DNA of 64,000 bases, from assembly GCA_965218585.1 (NCBI GenBank), contig CBDCLE010000002.1, forward strand, positions 96,001 through 160,000, given 5' to 3'. The notes under the pieces were generated by a model, which was given only the letters and a program-made list of their open reading frames with translations, did not search any database and had not been told where the DNA came from. Every line of letters begins with the position of its first letter. Within the stretch, counting starts at the first letter, position 1. Positions 27,062-38,700 of this stretch are shown here, in pieces. The translations under genes were made by a program, and so were the position numbers. This DNA comes from Terriglobia bacterium. GTDB taxonomy: Bacteria > Acidobacteriota > Terriglobia > 20CM-2-55-15.

Positions 27062-27688
27062 CTACCTATAATAATAGCGGAGTCTTTGATAGAGCTCGGC
27101 TGTGGCCTTGCAATCGGAAAGACAATAGTCAGCTATCTCGTCGATTCGTCCTTCCTTGAAATAGGCGCCCACTTTGCTCCCGTCGATACCGTTCTTGGGC
27201 GAAGGAACACCGAATATTTCACAGAAATAGTCCAGCGTTCCTTTTCGATAACGGTCGTAGTTGGTGAGCGCCTCCCGTACATCGAAGTGGCGGTCTGTGG
27301 AAAACCGGCGGGTGTCGAGCAGAACCTCCCTGGGAGCCATGACTCCCAGAATCGCGCTCCGAACGTTGATGTACGGAAAATCGAACGATTTCCCGTTGAA
27401 GGTCACAAACCGCGTCGGACGAATCTGAGCCAGGTCTGCCCAGAAATTAGACAGCAGCTCGCGTTCGTCGGCCTGGCAATACGCCCGCGAGCGATCTACC
27501 TCCAGCCAGTAGACACCGATGCAGATGATCTTTCCCGTACACGGATCCAGACCGAAACGATCTACGATTTCGATCTTTGCGTCCTCATCCTCCCTTCCAA
27601 TGAGGATCTCCAGTGCCCGCTCGGGAATGGTTTCCGGGTCCTGGCCAACGGTCTCGATATCGACGATAAGAGTGGTGTAACTGGCCAC
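27062..27688 (-). CDS. 3'-5' exonuclease (PolB exonuclease-like, RNase H fold)
   Basis: VDIETV, VTFNGKSFDFP, HFDV, YCLSD. Confidence 0.88.
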   Translation of the reverse strand: MASYTTLIVDIETVGQDPETIPERALEILIGREDEDAKIEIVDRFGLDPCTGKIICIGVYWLEVDRSRAYCQADERELLSNFWADLAQIRPTRFVTFNGKSFDFPYINVRSAILGVMAPREVLLDTRRFSTDRHFDVREALTNYDRYRKGTLDYFCEIFGVPSPKNGIDGSKVGAYFKEGRIDEIADYCLSDCKATAELYQRLRYYYR

Positions 27689-27761
27689 GCCTAATCCTAG
27701 CCTCGGAGATGGTCAGATCTGGTCGAGCTGCTGTCTGGAATGAATGGACGGATTCAGGCGG

Positions 27762-28517
27762 TCATTTGCGGGCGGTAAGTCCACCGTCGACGGTCAGCAC
27801 CTGACCTGTAAGGTAATTATCCGTTTCCAGGAAGAGACCGATGGCCCGGGCAATATCTAACGGATCTCCGAACCGTGTTACGACTTCCCTGTCGATGAAG
27901 GGATCGTACTTTCCACTGGCGACACTCTTTTCAGCCATTCCTGACGTTGTCACACCCGGGGCGATAACGTTGACGCGAATACGTTTTACACCGCCCCACT
28001 GGTGCGCCAGGATTCGCGCTGCGTGGATCAACGCCGCCTTGGGTGCGGCATAGGTCGTACTTCCCGGAAAAACCCCCACAGCCTGCATCGTAGACACAAA
28101 AACAACACTTGCATCGGTTCCGGCCACCCTGGAGGCGAAATCTCGTGCGAGAAGGACTGGCGCTACGAAATTGATTCGTGTCGCCGCCAGAAGGTCGTCC
28201 TCGGTGGCCTCCTCGATCGGCACCCTGGCAGGTTCACCCACAAGAGGAACGAGCCCGTAAAGGGGCCCTACCGAAGATGCTGCATCTATTAGCCGGGCGC
28301 GCGTTTCCGGATCTAAGACATCGCCCGTAACGATGGGCACCGTCATACCGTGGCGCGACTCGATATCGGCTGCGACGTTCTGGGCTCGCCGAACGTTTCT
28401 GAAACAACCCAGAACGGGCCGCGCACCACGTCTGGCAAGATAATCGGCCAACGTTCGGCCGAGGCCTCCGGAACCACCAGCGAGAATGACCGTCTTACCT
28501 TCCATCGCGAGTGCCAT
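27762..28517 (-). CDS. SDR family oxidoreductase
   Basis: GGSGGLG, YAAPK, IRVNVIAPG, TGQVLTVDGG. Confidence 0.92.
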   Translation of the reverse strand: MALAMEGKTVILAGGSGGLGRTLADYLARRGARPVLGCFRNVRRAQNVAADIESRHGMTVPIVTGDVLDPETRARLIDAASSVGPLYGLVPLVGEPARVPIEEATEDDLLAATRINFVAPVLLARDFASRVAGTDASVVFVSTMQAVGVFPGSTTYAAPKAALIHAARILAHQWGGVKRIRVNVIAPGVTTSGMAEKSVASGKYDPFIDREVVTRFGDPLDIARAIGLFLETDNYLTGQVLTVDGGLTARK

Positions 28518-28553
28518 CGATGCTTCGAAATTGAAAGGCTGGGCGATCGGCGT

Positions 28554-30139
28554 CTACAAACGCATCAACACCGTATCAATGAATCGGGGATCAATCGCCT
28601 TACCCTTCAGGGGTTCGAGTTCTTCCCTGAGCTGGTCGAGCCATCTCGTGGCCCTCGGCCGAAGCTCTTCCGGGAGATCCAGTTCGGGAAAAACGATCCC
28701 TTGAGAAACGAATTGCTCGAGGAGCTCAGCTTCCAACGGCCTCGGATCAAATTCTCCCGTTACCGCAAACCGGATGACCGCCGTGTTGAACGTCTTCCGG
28801 AGCGTCGTATCGGCGGCTGTGAAGATTCGAAGGAAACCCTCCGAAACGACACGAATGTCCTCCATTCGCTCTTGAGAGTTTTCCACGTCCGACATACTTC
28901 GAAAGTTGCGATACTGCCCTTCTTCCCAGAAAAGCGGTTTAAATCTAAGCAGGCCGTCGTAAAACTCCAGTTCGGGACTTTCGAGCAGGTCGGTAGTAAA
29001 AGACGGAAAGCGGGATAGTTGCTCGGCTGTGTCTCTCAAGCCGGCCAACTGGTCGAAACCAATCTTGAAAACACTCTGCACATGATTGGCCGTCAACACA
29101 GCAGGGGCGGCGCTCACTTCACCACCGGAGAGACACTCCAGGCCAATCGTCAGAAAATCCCGCATCTCTCCAAGCGCATCACTCACACCCTCGATCTCAC
29201 CCAGGTTGATGAGATTTGCAGACAGGATCCTGTTCCCCAACGCGGTCAATTCCTGGGCCAGGCGGTCCGATGCGCTCGCCGGAACCGCCCCAAGCGCAGC
29301 CAACAGGAACCCGCCTTCGGAAATCGAATCGGCAAAAACCGTGGGCAGAAATCCTGGGACATCCTCCTCGTCCAAGCCAGAGCTCACGGCTGCGCCAAGG
29401 CTCACGGTGTCTTCCGGGCTCAGGGCATCTTCCGGGCTCAGGGCTGTGTCCGTTCTCGGTCTGGCCAGCGTCTCACCGTTTACAGGTCCTGCATATATTG
29501 ACAGCGCGGTGTAGTAATCAACGAAACCCTGTACATCCAGGCGTCGTATTTTGTTTTGATACGCTGTTTCTTCGAGAACGGTTCGTGTCGTGTAGCGCAC
29601 TCGGCGCAGAAGACTGTATCCGAGGTCAGGGGCGTAGCGGAACAGCGAGTCGAGAATAAGCGACGCGACAGTTGACAGTTCTCCCTTCTCTTCCTGATGG
29701 ACGGCAAAGCGGTTGTCCGGCGAAAACATGAGTTCTGTCGCTGGAGGCGGCTCGTCGCGCTCGATTTCATAAACAGTGATCAAACCCTTCAGGAACAAAG
29801 CGACGACGTCCTCGTCGATTCCGGACAGGGCCCGCACCGTTTCTTCGGGGCCAACCTGGACGAAAGCAGTAACCCACTCCATGAAAGGTTTTCGAACGAA
29901 ACTATCCTTCCTCCAGCAATCCAGGTCGACGAAACCACGGACCTGATCCTCAGTTACATCCCCAATAGTTCTAACGAATCAGAAAGTCCCACGGTTTTGA
30001 CCGTAAAGAAGAGCTGCTCGAACGATGAGGAACGAATCGCATCCCGGGCAGTAGGAAGTGCAAGGAACTCCTCGAGTTCAGCCCTATCCTGTATGCGTAC
30101 GCTTGGACCGGTCAATGGAGAGAGAACATCATCCGACAT
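28554..30139 (-). pseudogene. DUF6178-like protein, frameshifted near 29957
   Basis: ..VKTVGLSDSLELLGM joins VTEDQVRGFVDLDCW..MEW if one G is restored; LEETAY..RRLDVQGF motif downstream. Confidence 0.7.
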
Positions 30140-30183
30140 CCATTCACTGTAGCACGGGCCGTCGCGTAAGATAGTAAGCCGCC

Positions 30184-32133
30184 ATGGAGCTAGACGGACA
30201 CATCGTTGAATTTCTCGAATCAGGCGCACTCCGTCTGGGATATGTCCGCAAACGGGAGCAGAGGAAGATGCAAGTCATCGACCAGAGGAGCCGTCAATCC
30301 TCGGTGCCCATGTCGCGTGTCGTGATCGTCCACCCTGCGGTTCCCGAAGACGAATTCAAGAGAACGGCTGAGTCCATCCGCCGACGAATCGATGCGATCT
30401 GCTCGGAAATCGACGTCGAACTGCTGTGGGAATCAGTCCAGACAGAGCCGAAGGAGTTCGACACGGAAGAGCTTTCGGAATCCTATTTCGGCCATTCTTC
30501 TCCTGAATCTCAATCTGCAGTATTTCGGAAGCTCACCGAAGGAGGATTGTTTTTCAAACGGAACGGGACGCGCTTCCAGCCCCGCCCCAGACTCCACGTC
30601 GATTCCCAACGGCTACGGATCGCACGAGAGCAGGAAAAAGACGATTTCAGAAAGCGCGTCAGCGAGATTCTGCACGGCGCGATTCAGACAGGTCCACCCA
30701 CCGAGGGTGATGAATGGGAACCGATTTCCGAACGGCTGGAAATATGGCTCCGTCGCAGGGAGCGCGACGAAATCGGAAGCATCCTCGAAGAGCTCGTTGG
30801 CGAAACACGTGCGAAAGAGATCGCTTACGACCTGCTGGCCAAGTCAGGGCGGATCCAGCCCGAAGAAGATCGATTCCTCGTTATGCATGGGATCCCCACC
30901 ATCTTCCCCCTCGAAGTCGTCAAAGCCTCAAACCAGATCGATCCGGATAGAGCCTTTAACGCTCGTGAGGACTGGAGTGGTCCTGTTACATTGGCCATCG
31001 ACGACGATGAAACCGTCGAAGTGGATGACGCTCTCACCGTTTCCGAAGACTCAGACTACGTGAAGATCGGCATTCACATCGCGGATGTAAGCTCATTCGT
31101 AGACAAAGGCGACGCGTTGGATCGTGAGGCATTCAGACGATCAGCAACGATATATCTGCCCAATATCTCGGTCACCATGTTTCCGGAGCGGCTCTCGACC
31201 GATCTAGCCAGTCTCGTCAGAGGAAACGCCAGGCCCGCCTTCAGCGTGGAGGCCCGTTTCAATAGCAACGACGAGCTTGTCGATTCCCGCGTTTTTCGAA
31301 CAACGATCACGGTAACGGATCGGCTTTCCTACGAATCAGCGGACCGCAGGCTGGAGGACGGTGATGCCGCGCTCAGACATCTCTATCGAATAGCCAACCG
31401 ACTTCGGAACGCCCGTTCTCGGGGCGGCGCCCAGACACATCACCGTCCCGAGATCAAGGTTCGTGTGAGGGAGGGAAACGTCAGCGTGCGCAGAATCGAA
31501 GTCGACACACCGTCCCGCCTCATCGTCAGCGAAATGATGATCCTCGCCAACCGACTCGCAGCGGACAGGGCTTCGACATCGGGCATTCCTATAATCTTTC
31601 GAACTCAGGAACGACCATCGGCTTCGCCGCCCGACATCGAAGGACTTCCCGAGCCGATTCAGTTTGAGCTGTTGCGGAGAAGCTTCAAACGTTCTCGACT
31701 GTCCCTATCACCCGGTGCCCATTCCGGGCTCGGCCTGGGAGCTTACACTCAAATGTCGTCGCCTATTCGCAGGTATGCCGATCTCGTCACTCAAAGACAG
31801 TTCGTTGCAGCACTCGGCCAGGATTCCCTGCCGTACGACAGAGAAGAACTGCTCGGTATCATAACGTCTGCAGAAGTGTCTGAATTGGAACTACGCAGAT
31901 TGGAACAAGCCTCGACGACGTATTGGATTCTGACGTATCTATCCAACAAAGCGATGGATAAACCGATGGCGGCGTTCGTCATCGATGGGAAAGGAACTGT
32001 GGAACTGAGTGACTTTCTGATCCGCGGTAAGATGTCCGGTAGAACCGAGCGGCAGATGGGAGACGAAGTTAAAGTAGAAATCGAGACCATCAATCCAGTC
32101 CACGCCGAAATTCGCTTTCGAGAATGTTCATGA
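30184..32133 (+). CDS. RNB-domain exoribonuclease (RNase II/R family)
   Basis: AIDDDETVEVDDAL, IHIADV, SEMMILAN, HSGLG..YTQMSSPIRRYADL. Confidence 0.93.
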   Translation: MELDGHIVEFLESGALRLGYVRKREQRKMQVIDQRSRQSSVPMSRVVIVHPAVPEDEFKRTAESIRRRIDAICSEIDVELLWESVQTEPKEFDTEELSESYFGHSSPESQSAVFRKLTEGGLFFKRNGTRFQPRPRLHVDSQRLRIAREQEKDDFRKRVSEILHGAIQTGPPTEGDEWEPISERLEIWLRRRERDEIGSILEELVGETRAKEIAYDLLAKSGRIQPEEDRFLVMHGIPTIFPLEVVKASNQIDPDRAFNAREDWSGPVTLAIDDDETVEVDDALTVSEDSDYVKIGIHIADVSSFVDKGDALDREAFRRSATIYLPNISVTMFPERLSTDLASLVRGNARPAFSVEARFNSNDELVDSRVFRTTITVTDRLSYESADRRLEDGDAALRHLYRIANRLRNARSRGGAQTHHRPEIKVRVREGNVSVRRIEVDTPSRLIVSEMMILANRLAADRASTSGIPIIFRTQERPSASPPDIEGLPEPIQFELLRRSFKRSRLSLSPGAHSGLGLGAYTQMSSPIRRYADLVTQRQFVAALGQDSLPYDREELLGIITSAEVSELELRRLEQASTTYWILTYLSNKAMDKPMAAFVIDGKGTVELSDFLIRGKMSGRTERQMGDEVKVEIETINPVHAEIRFRECS

Positions 32134-33728
32134 AGAAATCCGGGCGCAAGAATCGATTTCGTGCAGAAAGGGACTTCGACCGCGCAATGGTGGACAGTGT
32201 GGAACTGTTCGAGAACCTCGTCGAAAGTGTTCGATTCCCTATCGAATCGGATAATTTCCTCCTTCAGGAACTCGGACATCTGATCCAGGACGGAGACCCC
32301 TCGTACGAAGACGATGATTTCCACTTTGTTATTAAGCAGGGTATCCGTCTTTACGTCGACCCCGACGTCGATCTGCGTGCACAACTGGTCGGATCCCTTC
32401 GCCAGGCTTACGCTGGAATGAAAGGAGCCTCCGGCCGCGTTGCACATACCATCATTGGCGCAATCGAGGACGTCGATTTCTCTCTGGACGTGGTCGGTGC
32501 GGTGGTTCAAGGCTACACGAACCAACTCCTTAGAACGCTTGAAGACATGACCGAGGATGAGTCTGTCGAAGAAAACGCAAGGAAATGGATCGAGCTATGG
32601 ACGGAGGGTACACTTGAGGAACCCGCTTTGCTGGAACGGTTTCGTGGCATCGGGTCGGACGGCGTTCCTGCTGTTGCCGATCTGCTTTTCGATTCACTCG
32701 AAGACCCGATACGAAACAACACTGCTCTGAACCTGCTGTCTATGATTCACACGCCTGTTGCCGCACAGGTGCTCGCCTACACAATCTCAGAGCCGATTTT
32801 GGAAGAGAAGCAGGAAGAGATTGCTCGTAAAATTCTCAGGGAACTCTGGCCCATGGCTCTCCCCTACGTCCTTTACAACCTGCGACGACACGCGCACGAA
32901 GACATACCGTTTCGGTGGTTCGAACTCCTGATCGACACCGACAACACGCGGGCAGTGGATCGCATCCTGGAAGAAGTTGTTGCTCACGGACGGTCGGACA
33001 ACTATCGGGAAGACCTGCTGGCAATCCTGCCTCTCCTGGATCGATCGAACGATCCGGGCGTGGCGGGAAAACTGCTAAGGCTCATGACAGAAGATTCGCT
33101 GCCCAAGGAGTCGGTCGGACTGATTGAACAGTGGATTGAAACCTCCCGACTGGCTCTGCCCGTAGAAGAAGCGCTCGAGCGCTGGAAGGACGGTAAGATG
33201 ATTCTCGTCCGGCAGAGAGAAGACTTCAACTCTTTCGCTGCCGAACAAGCCGGGCAAAGTATTGCCGAACTGCGGAACGATTGGAACACTGCCTACCACG
33301 AGTCCCTGGGATGGCAACAGCGGAGCCAGTTCCCGAGAGGACCTATCGAAACTCAATACGAACAGAAACTTGAGGAAGCAATGATCAAACGGCTTTCCCT
33401 GAATCCTCGACTGGAAGAATCCGCCCTGAGAGAGCAAATCGAATTCTTCAGGGAGAGCTGGCTCGTAACACCACAGGACGATGTGATTCCTTTAGTCGCC
33501 ATCTGCCTGGAGCGGGAGAGAGACACGCCGTGGCTGGAAGAAATCTACTGGAACGAAATCAATGCATGGTACATCAAAGCTGCCCAGTACTTTGATGAGC
33601 GAGAGAAGGGCAAGGCCCGTCATTATCTCGACATCATCCTCAAGGTTGAACCTGAATACCCTCTGGCCCTCATGCTGGACGGAATAATGAAATCTAGCGA
33701 TATGGCGGTCGGCGAAGCTGACGGCTGA
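32130..33728 (+). CDS. Hypothetical acidic helical-repeat protein
   Basis: Long ORF overlapping the RNB stop (ATGA); HEAT/TPR-like helicity; no catalytic motif recognised. Confidence 0.75.
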   Translation: MKKSGRKNRFRAERDFDRAMVDSVELFENLVESVRFPIESDNFLLQELGHLIQDGDPSYEDDDFHFVIKQGIRLYVDPDVDLRAQLVGSLRQAYAGMKGASGRVAHTIIGAIEDVDFSLDVVGAVVQGYTNQLLRTLEDMTEDESVEENARKWIELWTEGTLEEPALLERFRGIGSDGVPAVADLLFDSLEDPIRNNTALNLLSMIHTPVAAQVLAYTISEPILEEKQEEIARKILRELWPMALPYVLYNLRRHAHEDIPFRWFELLIDTDNTRAVDRILEEVVAHGRSDNYREDLLAILPLLDRSNDPGVAGKLLRLMTEDSLPKESVGLIEQWIETSRLALPVEEALERWKDGKMILVRQREDFNSFAAEQAGQSIAELRNDWNTAYHESLGWQQRSQFPRGPIETQYEQKLEEAMIKRLSLNPRLEESALREQIEFFRESWLVTPQDDVIPLVAICLERERDTPWLEEIYWNEINAWYIKAAQYFDEREKGKARHYLDIILKVEPEYPLALMLDGIMKSSDMAVGEADG

Positions 33729-33742
33729 AAGTTGATTTTCTC

Positions 33743-33800
33743 CTAGTGACCTGTAACACCCATATTGGGACCATCGCCGATGGGTGTTACAGGTCACTAG
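33743..33800. repeat. Short palindromic MITE/REP-like element, copy B (58 bp)
   Basis: Perfect 21-bp inverted repeat CTAGTGACCTGTAACACCCAT / ATGGGTGTTACAGGTCACTAG. Confidence 0.8.
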
Positions 33801-33937
33801 AAGTCGCTGCACGACTTGAAATACCCGCACTTCGGGCACTTCAACTTACAGCTTTGGGAATCCATGCGAGAGTCGCAGTTGGGACAGGTACGCTCGATCA
33901 GCTCGAGCAGTAGTGCCGCGCTTTCTTCGTCTGTCAT
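33797..33937 (-). CDS. 46-aa zinc-finger microprotein (not in the ORF track)
   Basis: MTDEESAALLLELIERTCPNCDSRMDSQSCKLKCPKCGYFKSCSDF; two CPxC motifs plus CK and SCSD. Confidence 0.75.
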   Translation of the reverse strand: MTDEESAALLLELIERTCPNCDSRMDSQSCKLKCPKCGYFKSCSDF

Positions 33938-33955
33938 GATCTGCTTAATCCGAGT

Positions 33956-34588
33956 CTACAGGTAGCGGTCGTCCTGCTGCTGATCATCGGGCTGTTCTTT
34001 CCCGAAGTAGTCTGCAAGATGGCCCAGTATGGCTGCGGCGTCACCTGGACGCCCTTCAAAGGTCGTGATACAGCGTGAGCGACGCCAACCCTTACCGTGC
34101 TTAACGCCGATGATGATGTACTGATCGAAGAATCCCGTATCTTTGAGGAAGCGGACAGCGGATTCCGGGGTGAATTCGTTACTGCGAAATTCGCAGACGC
34201 TGATCAGGTCACGCAACCGCTCCGTCTGCTCAGGCTCGAAAGTCTCCATGAATGGCTCCAGCCCGTGGACTTCACACCTGACCGGGGGTAAGCCATCCGA
34301 AGAAAGTGCTTCCAGCTGAGCGCGCACAAACTCACCGAGAGCACAGTCAACGAAGCCTTCAATCACCGGCCCGTTGCGTGGATGTGACAGAGAGAACACC
34401 TGGTCTCGTGGGACCACTTTCCCTGATCCATCGACAACTGCAAGAAGAGCGGCTTCCTCGAGAGTCGGAAAGTGGAATGTGATCGGACGGATGGCAGTTC
34501 GACGGTTACCAAGGCCTCGGTTAAAGACTGTGTTTCGGATTCGGAACCCTAACTCAACCATCGGCTTCCTCCCATAGGATTTCTCCAT
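33956..34588 (-). CDS. Hypothetical protein
   Basis: 210-aa ORF co-oriented with its neighbours; no motif recognised. Confidence 0.7.
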   Translation of the reverse strand: MEKSYGRKPMVELGFRIRNTVFNRGLGNRRTAIRPITFHFPTLEEAALLAVVDGSGKVVPRDQVFSLSHPRNGPVIEGFVDCALGEFVRAQLEALSSDGLPPVRCEVHGLEPFMETFEPEQTERLRDLISVCEFRSNEFTPESAVRFLKDTGFFDQYIIIGVKHGKGWRRSRCITTFEGRPGDAAAILGHLADYFGKEQPDDQQQDDRYL

Positions 34589-34862
34589 TTATGAGGGACT
34601 AAGCGGACAGATGTGGTCCAAGCCATTGAATTTGAATGCCTGGAGTGATTCCGATAGGACAGACGGTAGCGGACCCCACACGCGTTTCATGCCACTCCGC
34701 GTGTATCCCGCTCCCGGTGTTTCGCGTCTACCGTGTTAGTGAAGACGAGTTCGAAGCCGAGTGGAACACCCACCACGACAAGGGTCCGAGACAGTCGTTC
34801 CTCTTTGCAGACTCAAGCTGAACATTTCAGGATCCGAGAGCCGGTAAGGTTTGCCTCGAAGG

Positions 34863-35705
34863 TCATTGGACGAGGTAGCCGTCCCTGGCACGCACGGTAA
34901 CGTCTCGACCCGGAACTTCTACTTCGATTGTATGGAAACCTTCTTCTGCCGACGCATGGTATCCGAGGTAGTACTGGTAGCCTAACTCTTCACGAATGGT
35001 TTTTAGCGCATCTGAAACGGACTGATCTTCGCCCAGCATCAGAACACTCCCGCCCGACATCGACGCCAGTCCATCCATCGTGTAGGTGTCGATTAGAATC
35101 CGGGGGCCGATGCCAACGAAGTACAGCAAGACCGTGTTCCTTTGCGCCTCACGAACGACTTCAAGGTAGGATTTCTGGCTGCGATTGTCATTGCCGTCAG
35201 ACAGTACGATCAGCGCTTTCCGCTCATGAACCCCTTGGGTTGCCTTGTTGATACCTTCCCACAGAGCGTCGTAGAACACGGACGTTCCCCATGACCTCAG
35301 CCGCCTCAACGCGTCGGGCAGTTCGTTCACATCTTCGTGTAAATCGTGCACCACCTCGGTTTCGATTGCGAAAGACATCACGAAAGTTTCGTCCTCGGGT
35401 CCCAGACTTGCCGAGAACTCTTCAACCCCTGACCTGATCGATCCAAGGATACTGGGCGTGCTCCCGCTATTGTCGATCAGAACACCAAGGCTGCTTGACA
35501 GGTTGCCCGTAGCCTCAAAGATTTCAATGGGGCGCTCCTCATCGTCTTCGATAACCCTGAAGTCATCGCGGCCGAGCCCGGTGACATAGCGTCCTTCCCT
35601 GTCCTGAACTGTCGCGAAGACGTTAACCAGGTTGACATCGACCGTGAGCACGGACTGGAGAGGAACAAGCAGGGACAGACTCAAGATGAAGACTGCACGT
35701 AACAT
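34863..35705 (-). CDS. VWA domain protein (acidobacterial type)
   Basis: VDVNLVNVFATV, DNSGS MIDAS motif, RKALIVLSDG, QYYLGY, VRARDGY. Confidence 0.9.
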   Translation of the reverse strand: MLRAVFILSLSLLVPLQSVLTVDVNLVNVFATVQDREGRYVTGLGRDDFRVIEDDEERPIEIFEATGNLSSSLGVLIDNSGSTPSILGSIRSGVEEFSASLGPEDETFVMSFAIETEVVHDLHEDVNELPDALRRLRSWGTSVFYDALWEGINKATQGVHERKALIVLSDGNDNRSQKSYLEVVREAQRNTVLLYFVGIGPRILIDTYTMDGLASMSGGSVLMLGEDQSVSDALKTIREELGYQYYLGYHASAEEGFHTIEVEVPGRDVTVRARDGYLVQ

Positions 35706-38700
35706 CAGTTTGTATACCCTTCGAGAGCCAACCTCTGTGTGTAGATGGTCGTGTCCGTCGGAAAGATTCGCGCGCCCTTGGCAAGAACCCGCCGGGCTTC
35801 GGACCCTCGGTCTGTCTCGGTATAGAGGTGGGCAAGGCGGGTGTAGATCCTGGCGTCTCTGTCGAGAGCATAGACACTGAGGAATTCGAGCAGATCAATC
35901 GCAACTTCGAACTCACCACGCCCCTCAAGAACTTCGGCAAGACGCAGGCGTGCCAGATAAGAATAGGGTTCCAGCTCCAACGCCCGATCAAACGCACTCA
36001 CCGCATCGGCTTCACGTCCTCCCGCCACCAGGTATTCACCCAACAGTTCCCAGTAAAATGAAACCGCGTAGGGACGGGTCTGTATGTAACGTTCCATCCA
36101 GAGAGCCGCATCATCCCATTGTCTGGAAAGAGCGTAGCGCTCGGCCAGTCTCCGGAGATAGCCGGATCGCGTCGGAGCAAGAACCGCAGCCCGGCGATAG
36201 CTCTCGATAACTTGATTCGCCTCGCCCATTTCTTCGTAGAACGACGCCCAAAGCTCTTCTCGTTCGGCCCCATATGTGTCCGGTCCGCCAGAGCTCAAGG
36301 CGAGTTGTTCAGCTGTCCGCAGAGACTCCTCGGCGTCTTCGAATTGCCTGGAGTTTATGCTGAGGCGGGCGGTCGCGATATACAAACTGATCGCACTGGA
36401 TTCCTCCATTTCAGCAAGCTCGCCGAGCCCCTGCACTGCATCGAGGACCTCTCCTCTGGCCAGCAAAGGCTCCATCAGTGCAACGTAGACACGTTCCCTG
36501 ACCGAAGCAGATAACCCTTCCGGCATCAAGGCAGACTTGTACTCGTTCAATAACCGTACATTCATATCCCGGGTATCCGAAAACAAGTTCCGGGGAGCAT
36601 TGAATTCAAGCAACGGCCTGTCATCTGTGTTCCGGACTGCACGCGCTGCAAATTGCTCGACTTCATCGCTCGACAAGGTGTATGTCGCGAAGATTCCCAG
36701 AGGATCATTCAGTTCGAGGTGCTCTGAGAAATCCCTCCTAACAGTTTCGTCGCTGGTGAAAAGACGTTCCATGCGGTCGGTGTCAAACCGGAGAGGCTGA
36801 CGACTTCCGAGTAAGACAAGGTCGCCCACGCCCATTTCCCACACCGAAACCTCGGGAAACTGCCTCTGAAATTCCCCCAAAACCATCCGGACGTCGTCGG
36901 GTGACAATTCATAGAGTTGCACCCACTGTGCAAAGACTCCATCCGGCTCCAGGGCGCTCGCTGCAAGCTCATAGAATTCAGCCGTGAAGAGGCTTCCGAT
37001 GCCTGCAATCCAAGGGTTGGACGGCTCGGAGATAATAATGTCGTAAGTTTCGGAAGTGACGTTCAGGAAGTTCCGGGCATCCCCTTCGATGATGTTGACC
37101 TTCGGGTCGTCGTAACTCCTCCGGTTCAGCTCATCAAACCAGGGAGCGGCTCCAAGAACAGCGGGCTCGATCTCCACACAATCCACACGCAACGTCTCCG
37201 GAAACGCCGCCGCCACTCCGGTCGTGATCCCCGCACCATACCCGATAACAAGAGTCTTCTCGGGAGCAGGGTGATGAAAACCCGGAAGATACCCGATCAG
37301 AAGCTGCGTGGTCATGTCATCACCATTGGATGCATCCACCTTGCCATTCGTCCGCAATCCAACATAGTTGGCGCCGCGCCGCACCGAGATGTTCGCGTTG
37401 TTCCCCTCTTCAAAATAGACCACGTCGGTGTCGGCATAGTGCTCAGACAACCGGAGCTGTGGTCGTGCTTCAAACTGACGGGCATAGATGAGTACCCCAC
37501 GATCCAATGACCCCGGGTCCCAGAACACCTCTCCCCTCATCGAGACGGTTGAGACGATCAACATCCCGACGGCCGCCCATCGGGTCAGAGCCACCCTCGG
37601 ATGTGCATCGGACAACAGAAGCAAGGCCAATGCCGAGTTCAGGAACATTCCCGTCAGAATCGTCCGTTCCGTCCCGATTACAGGCACAAGGACGAACCCG
37701 GCAGCCACCGAGCCGAAAATGGCACCGACTGTGTTGATGGAATAGATACTGCCGATTCTTTGGCCCAGCACCTGCAAATGGTTTGAATAGAGCTGGCCGC
37801 TGATAGGAAACGTGGCCCCCATGAAGAACGTCGCAAGGATCATCAAGGAGGAACAGACGATAAACTGGACCGTCAACACCGCAGGAAATGAATAAAAGAG
37901 CGCCCGTATCATCGAAACCAGCAAATAGGGAGCCCACAAGTAGCCCACCAGAAAGACAAGTCCGCCAACCGCGACTCCAAGTTGGAGCAGGCCGAGCATT
38001 CGAATACTCGCGGATGGTCTAAAGCGGCTGGCCCAGGTACTCCCCAAACCGATTCCAACCAGAAAGGTCACCAGCATGATCGCAAACGCATACGTTGAGC
38101 TGCCTATCATCGCAGAGAGAGCACGGGTCCATGCGACTTCGTAAATCAACGCGGCAAACCCGGACACCATCAACGTCACCGCGACCAGTCGGTCCCTCGA
38201 ACGAGCACTTCCGGAATGCTCACCCGGCGCGATCGTTCGAGTCTCGCCCCACACCGGCGTCGGCTCCTGCCCGATATCGATCCGTATGGCCAGCAGTCCC
38301 AGCCCTACGTTTAGGGAGGCGACCCATATTGTCGTAAGCTGGCTGCCGAACCCTGGAATCAATATGAGCGCCGCGACCAGGGTACCCAGAGCCGCGCCGA
38401 AGGTATTCAGGGCGTAAAGCGTCCCCAACTTCGATTCGACCTCGCTCGTACTCTTTACAAAGAAACGGGAAAGGACCGGGAGGGTGCCACCCATCAGGAA
38501 CGTCGGAACGACCATGATCGCGAAGGAAGATATGAAACGGACGAAAAGATCTGCACCTGCCACTGACGAAAGCGTCGGAGCAAGGTTCCAATAAATCCCC
38601 TCCATCGAACGGAACGCTATTGGAACCAGGACGGCCGAGATACCTATCAGAACTTCCAGGAGACCGTACATGCGCAACGGCCGCTCGTACCGGTCCGCCA

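Noticed and set aside
34636-34821. 61-aa ORF between 34588 and the VWA gene
   Set aside because: No RBS or recognisable motif; cannot be distinguished from a chance ORF.
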